Source: Raillietiella orientalis
Lineage: Eukaryota
Direction of reading: 5' to 3'
DNA length: 64,000 nt
Assembly (NCBI GenBank): GCA_036172245.1
Contig: JAYWIR010000012.1
Span: forward strand, 4,402,001 to 4,466,000
The translations under genes were made by a program, and so were the position numbers. The notes beneath the pieces are model-generated. The model saw nothing but the letters and a program-made list of their open reading frames with translations, was not told where the DNA came from and did not search any database. Numbering within the stretch: position 1 is the first letter of the stretch; every line of letters begins with the position of its first letter. Of the stretch, positions 37,150 to 48,000 are shown piece after piece.

Positions 37150-39350
37150 CAAGTCGTCTTTCTTGATTAAAGGGATAAGCCTCGGAAAGCACGGTCGGGA
37201 GATTAACGGCTTGGTGCCCTTCACAGCTATAACGAAGCTGGACGAATCATTCTTGCTAGATGGGAGTTCAGGAGATGCTCATTGACAACAGTTGGCTTCT
37301 TTTTTTTTTCGTTTTTTGGCATTCTCCTTCTCTACCACGTGTTCTCAAGGAACTTATTCCAGAATTCCTGGGAATCGTGATTTCATTTTTTGCCAACGGT
37401 TCACTGAAATAGCAAAACGAGAGGGGGAGAAGGAGGGGACTCGAAACTCTGATCGATTTTTCATTTGCACAATCATGTGCTTCCCGTAGTTTATCCTGAA
37501 GAAACTGGATAAATTTTAGATTCTGGAGATTCTCGACAGAATGCTGCTGATGCCCCACTTCCTCTGTGCACAGGTATAACAGCGCTCCAGGGCTCCTATG
37601 CTTCCGATTTGGTCATTCATCGATACAGTAATGATCAAACCAACAATCCTATCGTCTGTGATTTTCCAGGTTGCCTCCTATCTTAAAAGAAGGAAATCTG
37701 CATCATCTGTTCTATCAGTGTACTATTCAAAGCACAACCATGAGGTCTTATTCCATCAAAATAGCCGACTCAGACGATGGCGTTGGACACTGTTCATATC
37801 TTGTCGGATTCCCAATTTTCCAAATCATTCTTAAGCTTGATAATGCGTGATGACGGAACTGCAGGAGACATACTTTCAGATAGAATGAAATAAAAAACCA
37901 CTGCACGAGGGTTCCGTGTTGAGTAGAATTCATTTTGTTTCCAAGTTTGGGGAACAAGCAAGCCTACTGTGTTGAGCTTTGGAATTTATTGTCCCGTAAA
38001 GATCTGATGTGATCTTTGTAAAGATCTAGTCACAAAGGTGTGCTGGTCCACGTATTCTTAATGACTGCAGTTTTGGTAGGTTCTTTCGCGTGGTCAGTCT
38101 GCAACGTGTTTCAGCAGGCCTTAATTTGAGTCTCAGACCAGTCAAGTAACAGTGACTAGATTTCATCATATGAAGACAAAGTCGCCCTCTTGGATGATCT
38201 GTGAGAAATTGTGAAAGCCGATGCAAATGAAGCAAACAGAGTTCCAGAGAGGAGGGAGCGGAGAGGGGAGCTTTGTTAGGCAATCCTTAGTACAAATCCT
38301 TGATGAAAATTTGGCTTCATTCGTTTTCATGATGAGGCCAAAAATAAATGAAATATACCCGTGTGTGCGTCTATCAGATCAAAGAGGATGGATCAATATA
38401 AAGACTGCTAGTCACTTACGAAAAAGTATCATGGTTGCAAGCAAGATTTGGTGGCGTGGAAGCAAAGGGGAAAGCACAGAACTTGGACTTGAGTTCGAAA
38501 TTCGGGGGGGATTAGTGCGATCCCGTAAAACAATCGCGTGGACTCTTTTTTATAGGAGCTTGTGCCCTGCAAGGAAAGGATGAATTCAGAATCCTGTAAT
38601 CGAAGTCCACCAATTCATCCAAACTGACGGCTGCCAGAAATTCGACGGAGAGGAGGCCATGATTCATTTTAAACTGCAAATGGATGCATGCAGTAATGGA
38701 TGAGGTTCTTGACGATTTCAACATTACCAACCAAGTTTCCAGTATCGATAAGGTGGCTTACACCTTAATGTAACTGGAGAACGGCGCTAAATCCCAAGGA
38801 GTTTTCTGTTCATTGAACCATGCGTTACTATCAGAAGACGATCTCATCCGGGAAATCCCCGTCACGAATTCCCCGAGGTCCTCATCTGTTGAGGTTTCGC
38901 GGATACCCTTCTGGACCGCTTCGCTTAGTGTTTCATTAGTCTATTTCTTTACCGCATTGCCTGGCGGGGTGAGTAGCTTGAAGCACCTATCCATGGTAAA
39001 TCTGTCCATCTTTCTGTTCCATCAGCTACTCCACCAAGACGAGTCTTCAGAATCCTCCAGAAAAGCGCAGCGGCAAAATTTGAAGCGTATGGTGACTTGG
39101 GGAAGGAAAAGAAACTCTTACCGGAGACAGAGTATTTGCGTGGGAAACGCAAAGTCGTCTTAAAAGCTAAGCACAAAACCCGTATTCCAAAGAGAGGTAT
39201 TGGGTGATTCAAGTACCACGAAGATTGCGTTCGCACAATGATTGAAATACTCGAGCAGAAAGGTTTTATCCTCGGAATCTCCGACATCCATTACGTCTCT
39301 ACTACCGAATGTGCCCTGTAGGGCGAATACTAAAAGTGCCTTGGAATTTC
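37150..39350 (+). mobile_element. Decayed I/Jockey-like LINE ORF2 (RT, possible RNase H remnant), not GC-shifted
   Basis: TAITKL..DG then frameshift VQEMLI (~37225-37283), ILEILDRMLLMPHF (~37520), YLKRRKSASSVLSVYYSKHNHEVLFHQ (cf. aLdkkks.aavflDlsKafdtvnHEiLlhk), HEGSVLSR (~37904; cf. pqGSVLgp), LVQILDENL and WINIKTASHLRKSIM (38287-38433; cf. LgvilDenL, glsikT.l.LyKSii). A weak RNase H-like stretch (VLGDS..; IEILEQKG) lies at ~39195-39265. Confidence 0.55.
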
Positions 39351-39656
39351 ACATAGGTGCCCTCTTCCCAACCCTAAAGTGTTGTTGCCATGATCAGCAC
39401 CAAATGTATTTTCGGCTTCAAAGCAATCAGGTCTTCTCTTGAGAGGATTAAGAGAATTTCGCACTCAAATTCCGACTTCCTCACATTGAAAAGTGGTCAC
39501 CTACCATACAGGGTGCATCATTTCACTTGGGTAGAAGGGAAAATGCCACACAAAATTATAAACTCCCCTCTGAACACGCAAGCGGATACCCAAAATGATT
39601 TAGTGACACATTTGGTGGCTTTGCTTTGTTCACCAATTTCAATGAGCAGTACAATT

Positions 39657-39662
39657 TTTATT
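39657..39662 (-). terminator. Candidate poly(A) signal of the LanC-like gene
   Basis: AATAAA on the minus strand about 67 nt downstream of the stop codon. Confidence 0.5.
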
Positions 39663-39728
39663 TATACATAATAAAAACATGGGTTGCAGCACAAAACTGC
39701 GACAGCGTTATGCAACTGATTTGGCCTA

Positions 39729-40946
39729 TCAAATTGCATAACCTGGGAATTTTGCAGACTCAAAGTTTATTATTTCACTCAAAAAGTATATTGTTCCAGC
39801 TATTCCTTCAAACAAAGATGCTGGTCTGTCTGCTATTCTACAACCATGATGGCCATAATCCAAGCAAAATTGGGCAAATTTGCAAGCCCTATACAAATAT
39901 TTAATTTCATTTGTAGCTTGAAATAATACAAGAAAAGAATATGCATTTCCTGACACACCATGACAGATCCCATATCCTTTCTTGCTCAGTCCTCTGGACC
40001 AGATAATGGCACCACAGTCTACAGCAGCATCTAAGTATGTGGTATCACCAAACACCTGGTATGCTAAGCAATACAAGTGAGTAAAACCAGGTGCACCATG
40101 ACACCACTGAACTAGGCGATCTGAAGAGTTTCCAAGTGATGAGGGATAGTTACCAGAAGGAAACTTTAATGTCAAAAGAAAATCCAGTGTTGGTCGTATC
40201 AATTTTTGTAACTCATGATCTTCCAAATATTCCTTTCCTTGAAGAAGCATGAATAGAATACCTGCAATTCCATGAGCAGCTCCAAGATAGCATTTTCCAT
40301 GCCATTCATACATGAGAGGGGCAAGAAACTTTCTTTTCTTTGCTAACTGCTTCCCTGAATTTATTATTGTTTCAATTATGTTTCTGATCTGGTTTTCCGG
40401 GACATCTTGCACTCCTTTGCTTTTCAGGAACAGCAAACAATACAAGTAACCTGCTCTACCATATAATAATTCATTTTCTGTTTCATCAGTAGTGATCACC
40501 TTTGGTGCCATACTGAGTAGTGTATTCAAGCATTCACGAGATTTCTCGTGGTTCCCGGCATCCCTGTAAATTAAACACCCCATTGTGAAAAGTCCTGCTT
40601 CTCCACATAAAAATGAAGCATCTCTCACTTTCACGTTGGCCGACATGGCCTTTTCTGTGTACCAAACAGCTTTTTCAAGATAAGTAGAATCAAAACTTTC
40701 ACTTAGTCGATAATACATCGCTGCTATGCCCATGGTTCCTGTGTACACTGAAATCTTGGACCAATACGAGCGATCCTCGTACTTTTTTTCCAAGTCATTC
40801 TTCGTTTTGAGCAGTTCCTTCAATTTTCTCTTAATTTCATCGACAAACCGGTTGTCCAAACGTATCACTTCTGAACAGTCGAGTATGCCTCTGGCTGCAT
40901 CCGGGGAGAAATCCTCATATGTATTTTTGAATTCTTTAGATTCCAT
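39729..40946 (-). CDS. LanCL: LanC-like protein (eukaryotic LanCL1/2 type), 405 aa, single coding exon
   Basis: Uninterrupted ATG-to-TGA ORF with family motifs ELLYGRAGYLY, YEWHGKCYLGAAHGIAGI, GNYPSS, LVQWCHGAPG, GICHGVSGNAY and DRPASLFEGIAG, including the Cys/Cys/His zinc ligands. Confidence 0.97.
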   Translation of the reverse strand: MESKEFKNTYEDFSPDAARGILDCSEVIRLDNRFVDEIKRKLKELLKTKNDLEKKYEDRSYWSKISVYTGTMGIAAMYYRLSESFDSTYLEKAVWYTEKAMSANVKVRDASFLCGEAGLFTMGCLIYRDAGNHEKSRECLNTLLSMAPKVITTDETENELLYGRAGYLYCLLFLKSKGVQDVPENQIRNIIETIINSGKQLAKKRKFLAPLMYEWHGKCYLGAAHGIAGILFMLLQGKEYLEDHELQKLIRPTLDFLLTLKFPSGNYPSSLGNSSDRLVQWCHGAPGFTHLYCLAYQVFGDTTYLDAAVDCGAIIWSRGLSKKGYGICHGVSGNAYSFLVLFQATNEIKYLYRACKFAQFCLDYGHHGCRIADRPASLFEGIAGTIYFLSEIINFESAKFPGYAI

Positions 40947-41099
40947 CGCAACCCATTACCACGCACAGAGATACATACGTACAGTTATACTCTTAATTTA
41001 CTAGCATGGTTCCCCGCCAACTTCACCGTATAGGCTTTACCCTAGCGAAATACCAAGTGCACCAAGTCCCAGGAAAAATGCGTGAAAAGCAACACAAAT

Positions 41100-41450
41100 T
41101 ACCGGCAAAGGACGGATGCTTTCTTTTGATTCTACGAAATTGCAGAAGTCTCGGGGTCACAAAACAAATGTCGGGCTGTTTGACAATCGATAAAGCAAAA
41201 TAGCACATTGTTTCTGTATACATGTTTTTGAATCCAGAGCACATTCTAGTGTTAAAACAATTGTGCAAAGTTCTAAGTAATTCTATAAGGCCTTTCGAAT
41301 ATCAATATTGACGATTATTCGTGAGTAGGGTTATACGTTCGAAATTTTCGTCATTTCGTACTCTTTACCGTTTCAAACCTCAGCTGATGTCACACTTTTG
41401 ATTGAGGGCTTGGATATTGATGTATTGATGAATTACAGACGTCAAAAATT
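41100..41450. promoter_or_regulatory. Candidate shared promoter region for the divergent LanCL and coracle genes
   Basis: The genes are head-to-head. This stretch has a DRE-like aatcgata (~41185), motif-1-like ggtcaca (~41155) and tgtcacact (~41388), and a + strand donor-like gtgagt (41321). Motif matches are imperfect. Confidence 0.25.
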
Positions 41451-43800
41451 TAGAAACCCAAAATCAAAAAGCTAAGATAGCTAATCAGTTTTAAGCATAC
41501 ACGACTTTTGGTTATTATTTTGCATTTATCTTTGCAATCCAAACCACGGCAAGGATACATAAAATAAGATGCCAAATTTATTCAGTTCTATTAAGTGACA
41601 GATGACATCATAAGCAACTTTGTTAAGTTTGGGATATGATTTTGTATACTTTGCTGATACACATGCACTGCTTAATGTCCATGATGAATATATCATCAAT
41701 TCAACTGCATTTTTTCGAGTATCAGCAAATATATGAATGGTTGCTTGGAACACCTTAGAAAGCTCTTTCATTAGCAAAATTTTAAATGGAGTTTACATTC
41801 TTCCTCCAACTCAGTAAACTTAGTTACATCATGGACTAATTTTCAAGTTTTGCTTCCTTTTTCAAATCTAAACAATTATTAAAATAACTTCATTCAGAAC
41901 TGTTTTTGGAACGTTCAGTACTCTTGTTTAGAGGTCATGAATTTCATTTATCCTAAAGGAGAATTGTTTAGATTAGTGTAGCATCTTCATTGTTATGTCA
42001 CAATAAGTGATGCTCAATCATTATCTGCAATCTCTTTTATCATCATGCAAGAATTTATTCGTGTTGCATGGACCATACGTTCAGCAATGAATATAGTAAT
42101 TGAAAAAATTCTAGTATACCTGTGAGCTCGACATGCATTGCTACAGTATTTCATATATTACGTATTTGTATTTATTCGATTTTGTGGATTCATTAAATAT
42201 TTTCTCACTTCTAGAATGTTTGAGTCCTGTGTTCATTCGTAAAAGAAATTAGCAGGAAGCATTAGCTTTTATAACTAATGCACTAAGTTTTAAACAAAGA
42301 ACCACAAAGAAAAAAAAAGAATGATCAAACTGAAAAGGTAATACATTGTGGCATTTGTTTCTTCATTAGTTATCGTTTACATGATTTCCACCTCACTGCG
42401 ATCTTTATTTTATGTAAGCTAAAATCAGGGTCCAAATACATTCTAATCTAATTAGAAATCATTAGAGATTACGCAATGCGATTAGCTTTACATAATCTCT
42501 ATATAATCTACATTAGAATCGCTCATTAGAAGCTTACATGTCTGCAATATTCTTTTATAGTCTTGAAAATATGCATGACTGTAAGCAACACGCGTCATTT
42601 TCTCAGCGTGCGAAAGAATTAACTAAAATTACTGTTATGAATATCAACGGTAATGCAGTTTTCTTAAACACTCCAGAGTAATTGTGGTTCTTGTTGATAG
42701 TTTCTTATTCTTAACGAAGGATCCACCGCTTTAAATTCAAATGTACTCTATTCATTAATAAAACGATTTTTTTAAAAAAACATAAATAATTTGTGTTCCT
42801 TAGAATAATTAGATAAAAGTGTTCCTTCATTATACAGCTGTAAATATTTATTCAGATATAAGTACCTTAGTATACAATGGAGGGTACTCAAAGAGTGACT
42901 GAATATACTTACACAAGTGAATAAGCTTGGAGTTGACTTAATCTTTTTTCCAAAATCACTAAAACTAAGACTTTTAAAGATGTGGTCTTCTAGAAGTACG
43001 AAAGAACTCTAAAAAGCTTTCGAAGAAATGAAATAATGAAATGTGCTTAGGCAAATGAAAAATCCAGAAACAGCATTCCGTTCTGATTATAACTGATAAA
43101 GAGAAATTGATCATTAAAGACTTTGCATTTGATTTTTTCATTTTACGGTAAATGTTGATTTGGGAACTCAGTTTTCGTTTTGAAGTTTACAACATAAGGA
43201 ATAAATTTTCATTTACTGTTCGAAATTAAATGAAAGTATGAGTATATTGAGAACTTTATTTTGACCGCGTTTAGTTTTGCTGTTTTTCAAAATTTCACAT
43301 TTGCAATTGAAAATCACGCGCTTCGGAAACTCGTATGAAGGTATTTGTGTTTGCTGCGTAGTTGTATACATAATTTTATGAGAATTTTGCGGTCATTTTC
43401 TTAACAAGTATTGCCATTTATTTACATTTGAATGCATGTGGCAAAATCATGGTACAAAAATCAATGCATAACATAATTTGGTTACTGAAGAATGCCGAGA
43501 AACTTTCAATATTTGAAGCCTATCGCTTTTTAAATATGTGCATGTAAAATTCTGTAAGCATGTATAGAACTCTATGATGCACAATCCTAAATAGTGTACA
43601 TAATTGGTGTAAACGCTGATGGCATAAACCAAGTAATTCAGGCTTGAAGTTCTCGAAATTGCACCGTTTGCCATACTTTGATGATAATTCGGATATTTTG
43701 GAGGTGGAAACATTTTCGAAATAAAGATTTGGACTGAAGCTGACCATCAGCAATGTTTAGAAAAACATTTTCGACAGCTACAGATACATAATCCTTTGTT

Positions 43801-43858
43801 AGAGAGAGGGAGAGAAAGAGAGAGAGGGGGGGGGAGAGAGAGAGAGAGATTGAGAGAA
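43801..43858. repeat. (GA)n microsatellite with a poly-G insert
   Basis: agagagagggagagaaagagagagaggggggggagagagagagagagattgagaga. Confidence 0.85.
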
Positions 43859-44099
43859 ATGTAAGCATTACAGGACCAATAATTCCCTGCACTTCCCTGT
43901 GAAAATGCCTTTTTCGCCTTTTTTTTACATTCCCTTGTTTCCTTTCTTAAATTCCACAAAGTTAAAAAGCGCCGAGTATTCGTATTTTTGCTCGTGTTTA
44001 AAATTCCTGCTGTTAAGGTACGAACCAGTTTTTGGGATGCCAACTGCATATGCGAAAAAAATTTTCGTCAATCGTTATCGAGGCACATTATGATAATTT

Positions 44100-44390
44100 C
44101 TTCGTTTAAAATACCCAAAACTGCGCATTAGGGTTGCATTGGATGTGTTGCCCAGAATCGCATGAAGTTCTTTTAATCTGTACCATTCCAGGAGAACTCG
44201 GGAGTAGTTGATTCCAGTGTATACCAACTCGATAACTGGAACATGGCGATCTGGGTGTGATCCGAGGATATCTTGCTCTCCATGTAAACTCTCACAAAAA
44301 GTGGATACGTGCATCTTATAAACAACTGACGGAAGTCTCTGAACCCCCTAATTGAAAGTATCGTGCTGGTCGTTTGGTTTTGTAAATAGG
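44100..44390 (-). mobile_element. Small CR1/L2-like C-terminal fragment in AT-rich DNA
   Basis: SIRGFRDF..TYPLFVRVYME (cf. ikRsF....lYkslVRphlE), then frameshift HPDRHVPVIELV..YRLKELH (cf. ylkkdi.lIErV..eRLKELn). Confidence 0.3.
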
Positions 44391-45086
44391 AAACGACTTC
44401 CTCGGTATTTACGAAAAAAAAAAAAAAAAAACATTTGCAGTGCAGAACCAATTCGACCATATCAAATGGTGGACGGTTGATGTAAGTAAAGATGTTTTTT
44501 CTGTAAACAGTGTACCCGTGCATAGTGAGATTTTTGCTTCATTCATATTATAATTCCCATATCGTGTCTCTTTCCCGTATCGGCGTGTTTTGGAATCAAA
44601 TATTATTTTTAGGTTTCCCATACAGAAGCTGTAATCGTCGGAAATAAAGACAAAAAAAAAAAAAAAAAAAAATGGACTTAGTACATCATGTGCAAAAATT
44701 TTTTTCCGTGTTTTCATTTTTCCTAATTACAGTATTTGTTTCAGTGGAAATAAATAATACAGCAATTCATTCTTGTGGAGTTAGTTGATAATGTAAGATT
44801 CGTGTTTGCACTTTTTGTTTTTCAAACTTTGGCTTGCTTTCATATTTGCTAATCCCACAAGCGTGTCTAACATACAAGCGAAATCTCAGAATTGGTGTAT
44901 GATGTAAATATTAAAGTACTTATGTCATTGTTTTTCCACGTAAATGTTAGATTAATATTATACATGTTATTGAGTTTGGGATTTTAGTTATCGGCTTAAC
45001 AATTGGTAGAATATAATAAACTGATGTATGGTATCCGCAGATTATCAGTTTAACGTTTGGGATAAAGGCAAAAAAACTGGGAAAGT

Positions 45087-48000
45087 ATGTCCACTCTAAA
45101 TGCCATAGAAAAAAATAAAGTGTATTCTGCAAGTGAGCAAAGTCAGAATATAAATGGAATCACACCTGATGTAAACTCAGTAGAAAAGAGCCAAGTCATT
45201 TCTTCAAATTTGAAAGGCATTGCCGTAAAAATCCATTTGCTAGATGATACAACATGGGAGTGCCATGCCAATGTGAGTATTTCATTTAAACTTGCAGAAC
45301 TGATGCCACTATTTGAAATCTGTGTACTAAGATCTTTCGATCATTTATAGTTCACCTTTTTTGTATTTGATGTTCCTTTTCTTTGATAACTTTGAATTCC
45401 TTTTTCAACTCTGGAATGTCTTTTTTCCTTTCTAGAAAAAATGCAAAGGGCGGGATCTGTTTGAAGCAGTTTGCACTCATTTGAATCTGATTGAAAAAGA
45501 TTATTTTGGTCTCATGTTTTTGGATCACTACAATGAACAGAACTGGCTTTGTTTTGACAAACTTGTAGCTAAACAGGTTTTCAAAGGTAAATCATGTGTC
45601 AGAGTTTTTCTGACAGTTGCATTTTTTTTATCACATGGATTTCCATTTGGTAATATTTGCTGTGAAGCAAGAATATGTTTTTAATTTTTACATTTCCTTA
45701 AATGTAAATTATTTTTCGATTCGAAAATCCGGTTCTTTAGGAGATGTTTTTTTTTTTTACTTGTGGAAATCACAAATATTTGTGCCTTTCAATTTGATTC
45801 CCCCCTCCCCCTCCCCCCCTCTTCCCCATCATATTTTCTTGTGTTTATTGCAGACCAACAAGTTTCATGTCATTATACCTTACCTGCACATGTTTGTGTT
45901 TTAGGATCTTCGTGGAATTTTCACTTTGAAGTACGATTTTTTCCACCAGATCCATCCCAGCTTCAAGAAGATATCACTAGGTAAGTACTAAATCATTCTG
46001 ATAGATCATTTTCTGATCTCATGTTTTAGATATTTTCTTTGTTTGCAGCTAAGAAGAGATATTATGGATAACAAGTAAGGACACATGTTTGGTAGAATGC
46101 ATTAGCATTCTTTGTTTCAGACTCCCCTGCTCATTTGTTACCTATGCCCTATTAGGTTCCTATTTGGTGCAGTCAGAGCTAGGTGACTACAATCCCAGTG
46201 AGATGGAAGGCAATTATGTAAAGGATTTACCCTTGGCTCCCACTCAGGATTTGGCATTGGAAAATAAAGTCATGGAGCTCCATCAGACTCACAAGTAGCA
46301 GGATTTTGATACAGTAGCTGGAATAAGTCATTACAGAGGACTGACTCCTGCAGAAGCTGAGTTGCAGTATCTGGATAATGCCCGGAAATTGGCCATGTAT
46401 GGACTGCATTTGCATCGAGCTCGGGATTCAGAAGGCATGGACATCATGGTGGGGGTGTGTGCTACTGGTCTAGTTATTTATCGAGATAAGTAAGTACCAC
46501 CAGAATACTGTTCCCTTAAAAGGCTTTTAGACTTCGAATTAATCGCTTTGCTTGGCCAAAGATATTGAAAATTTCTTATAAACGCAATCATTTCTATATT
46601 AAAATCCGTCCTGGAGAATTTGAGCCATATGAATCCACTGTTGGTTTCAAAATGGCTAACCATAGAGATGCCAAACGGCTTTGGAAGGATTGTGTGGAAC
46701 ACCACACATTTTTTCGGTAGGATAGCAATGTTGAAAGCACATACTTGTATAACATTAATAGGTTGATGGCACCTGAGCCCATATCGAAACATCATCTTGT
46801 AGTGCCACATTTTGGTTCGCGATTTCGTTATTCTGGAAAGACGCATTATCAGGCACGTCTGTTTGCTTCCCAGATTGAACGACCACCACCAGCATTCCAA
46901 AGAACCTTAAGTCATAGGCAGCCTATTCCACACACACTGAATGGTGAGCCATCACCCATTGCAGTGAGACTGAATTGTTCAGACATGAAAGATTCACAAA
47001 CTGGAGATAAGCATCAGCCATCTTCACATTCATTGCTTGTTGCAGATGGATTTCATTCCGATGAGCACCACAAGGTATGAAGGACTTGACTAAGTTTCGT
47101 TTGTTGTGGCTTTTGTGTGTCCTTGGTGTTGGCATGTTGCACCAGATGTTTCAGAATGGCCTGCAGCATGAGGGCCTGCTTGTTGTTGCCAAGGATTCGG
47201 AGATGGGCTTAGCCAAGAAAAAAGTCCAAAATGATACTAAGGAAGCAAAGAAGTTTCAAAAACAGAAGGAAAAGGAAGCTAGAAAACTGGAAGAAAGCAA
47301 AAGAAAAGAGGAAGTTGGTGCCAAAAAAAAGAAAGCAAAAAAAGAAGCGAAAGAACATAGTCAACAATTGGTCAAAGTGGTCAACGAAAGCAGCATTTCT
47401 GACAAAATTGAAGGTCCTGGAGAAGACTCTCCTAACCAACTCTTAGCTACTAGCAAATTGGAAGACTCTCCTAGTGAGCTGTCTGCTACCAGAAAATTGG
47501 AAGAGTCCTCTAACAAAATTCCTGCTACCACCAAGCTAGAGGAATCTCCCCTATCTCAGTTTCAAATATCTGGGAAAAAAACACGTTGGTTTAAAGAAAA
47601 AGGCAACAGAAAGAAAGAAAAAGGAGTACCAACGTCACGTACCAAACTTCCAGAAGTACCTAATGAAACCACTGAAGCTCAATCTCCCACTCTCCAAGGA
47701 AGCAGTAACCATGTTCTGGAACCACAGACTGCTGATACTTCTTATAGTGAAGGTGAAACCAGTGTCTCTCCAAAAGAAAAACGAGAAAAGAAGGGATTGC
47801 GTTTGTTTAATATTTTTGGCCTTAAATCATCCCGCTCAGCCACAACCTCAGCTGATGATGAATCTTTTGCTCCTTCCAATGTAAGTGCTCAAGGGTATGG
47901 TGGTTTTGTGTAGCATGGGTTTATGGTAAATAGGAGTTGCATGCTTTGCACACAGTGGAAGATGATCATGGAAATAAAGAAGAGGTGATACACAAAGGCA

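Noticed and set aside
38500..39320. Long frames broken by single stops, suggesting read-through or a variant genetic code
   Set aside because: The three real genes translate cleanly in the standard code, and this stretch is better explained as the decayed 3' part of a LINE ORF2.
39729..40946. Bacterial lanthipeptide cluster or horizontal transfer of lanC
   Set aside because: The motifs are of the eukaryotic LanCL1/2 type, there is no lanB, precursor peptide or transporter nearby, and the neighbours are spliced animal genes.
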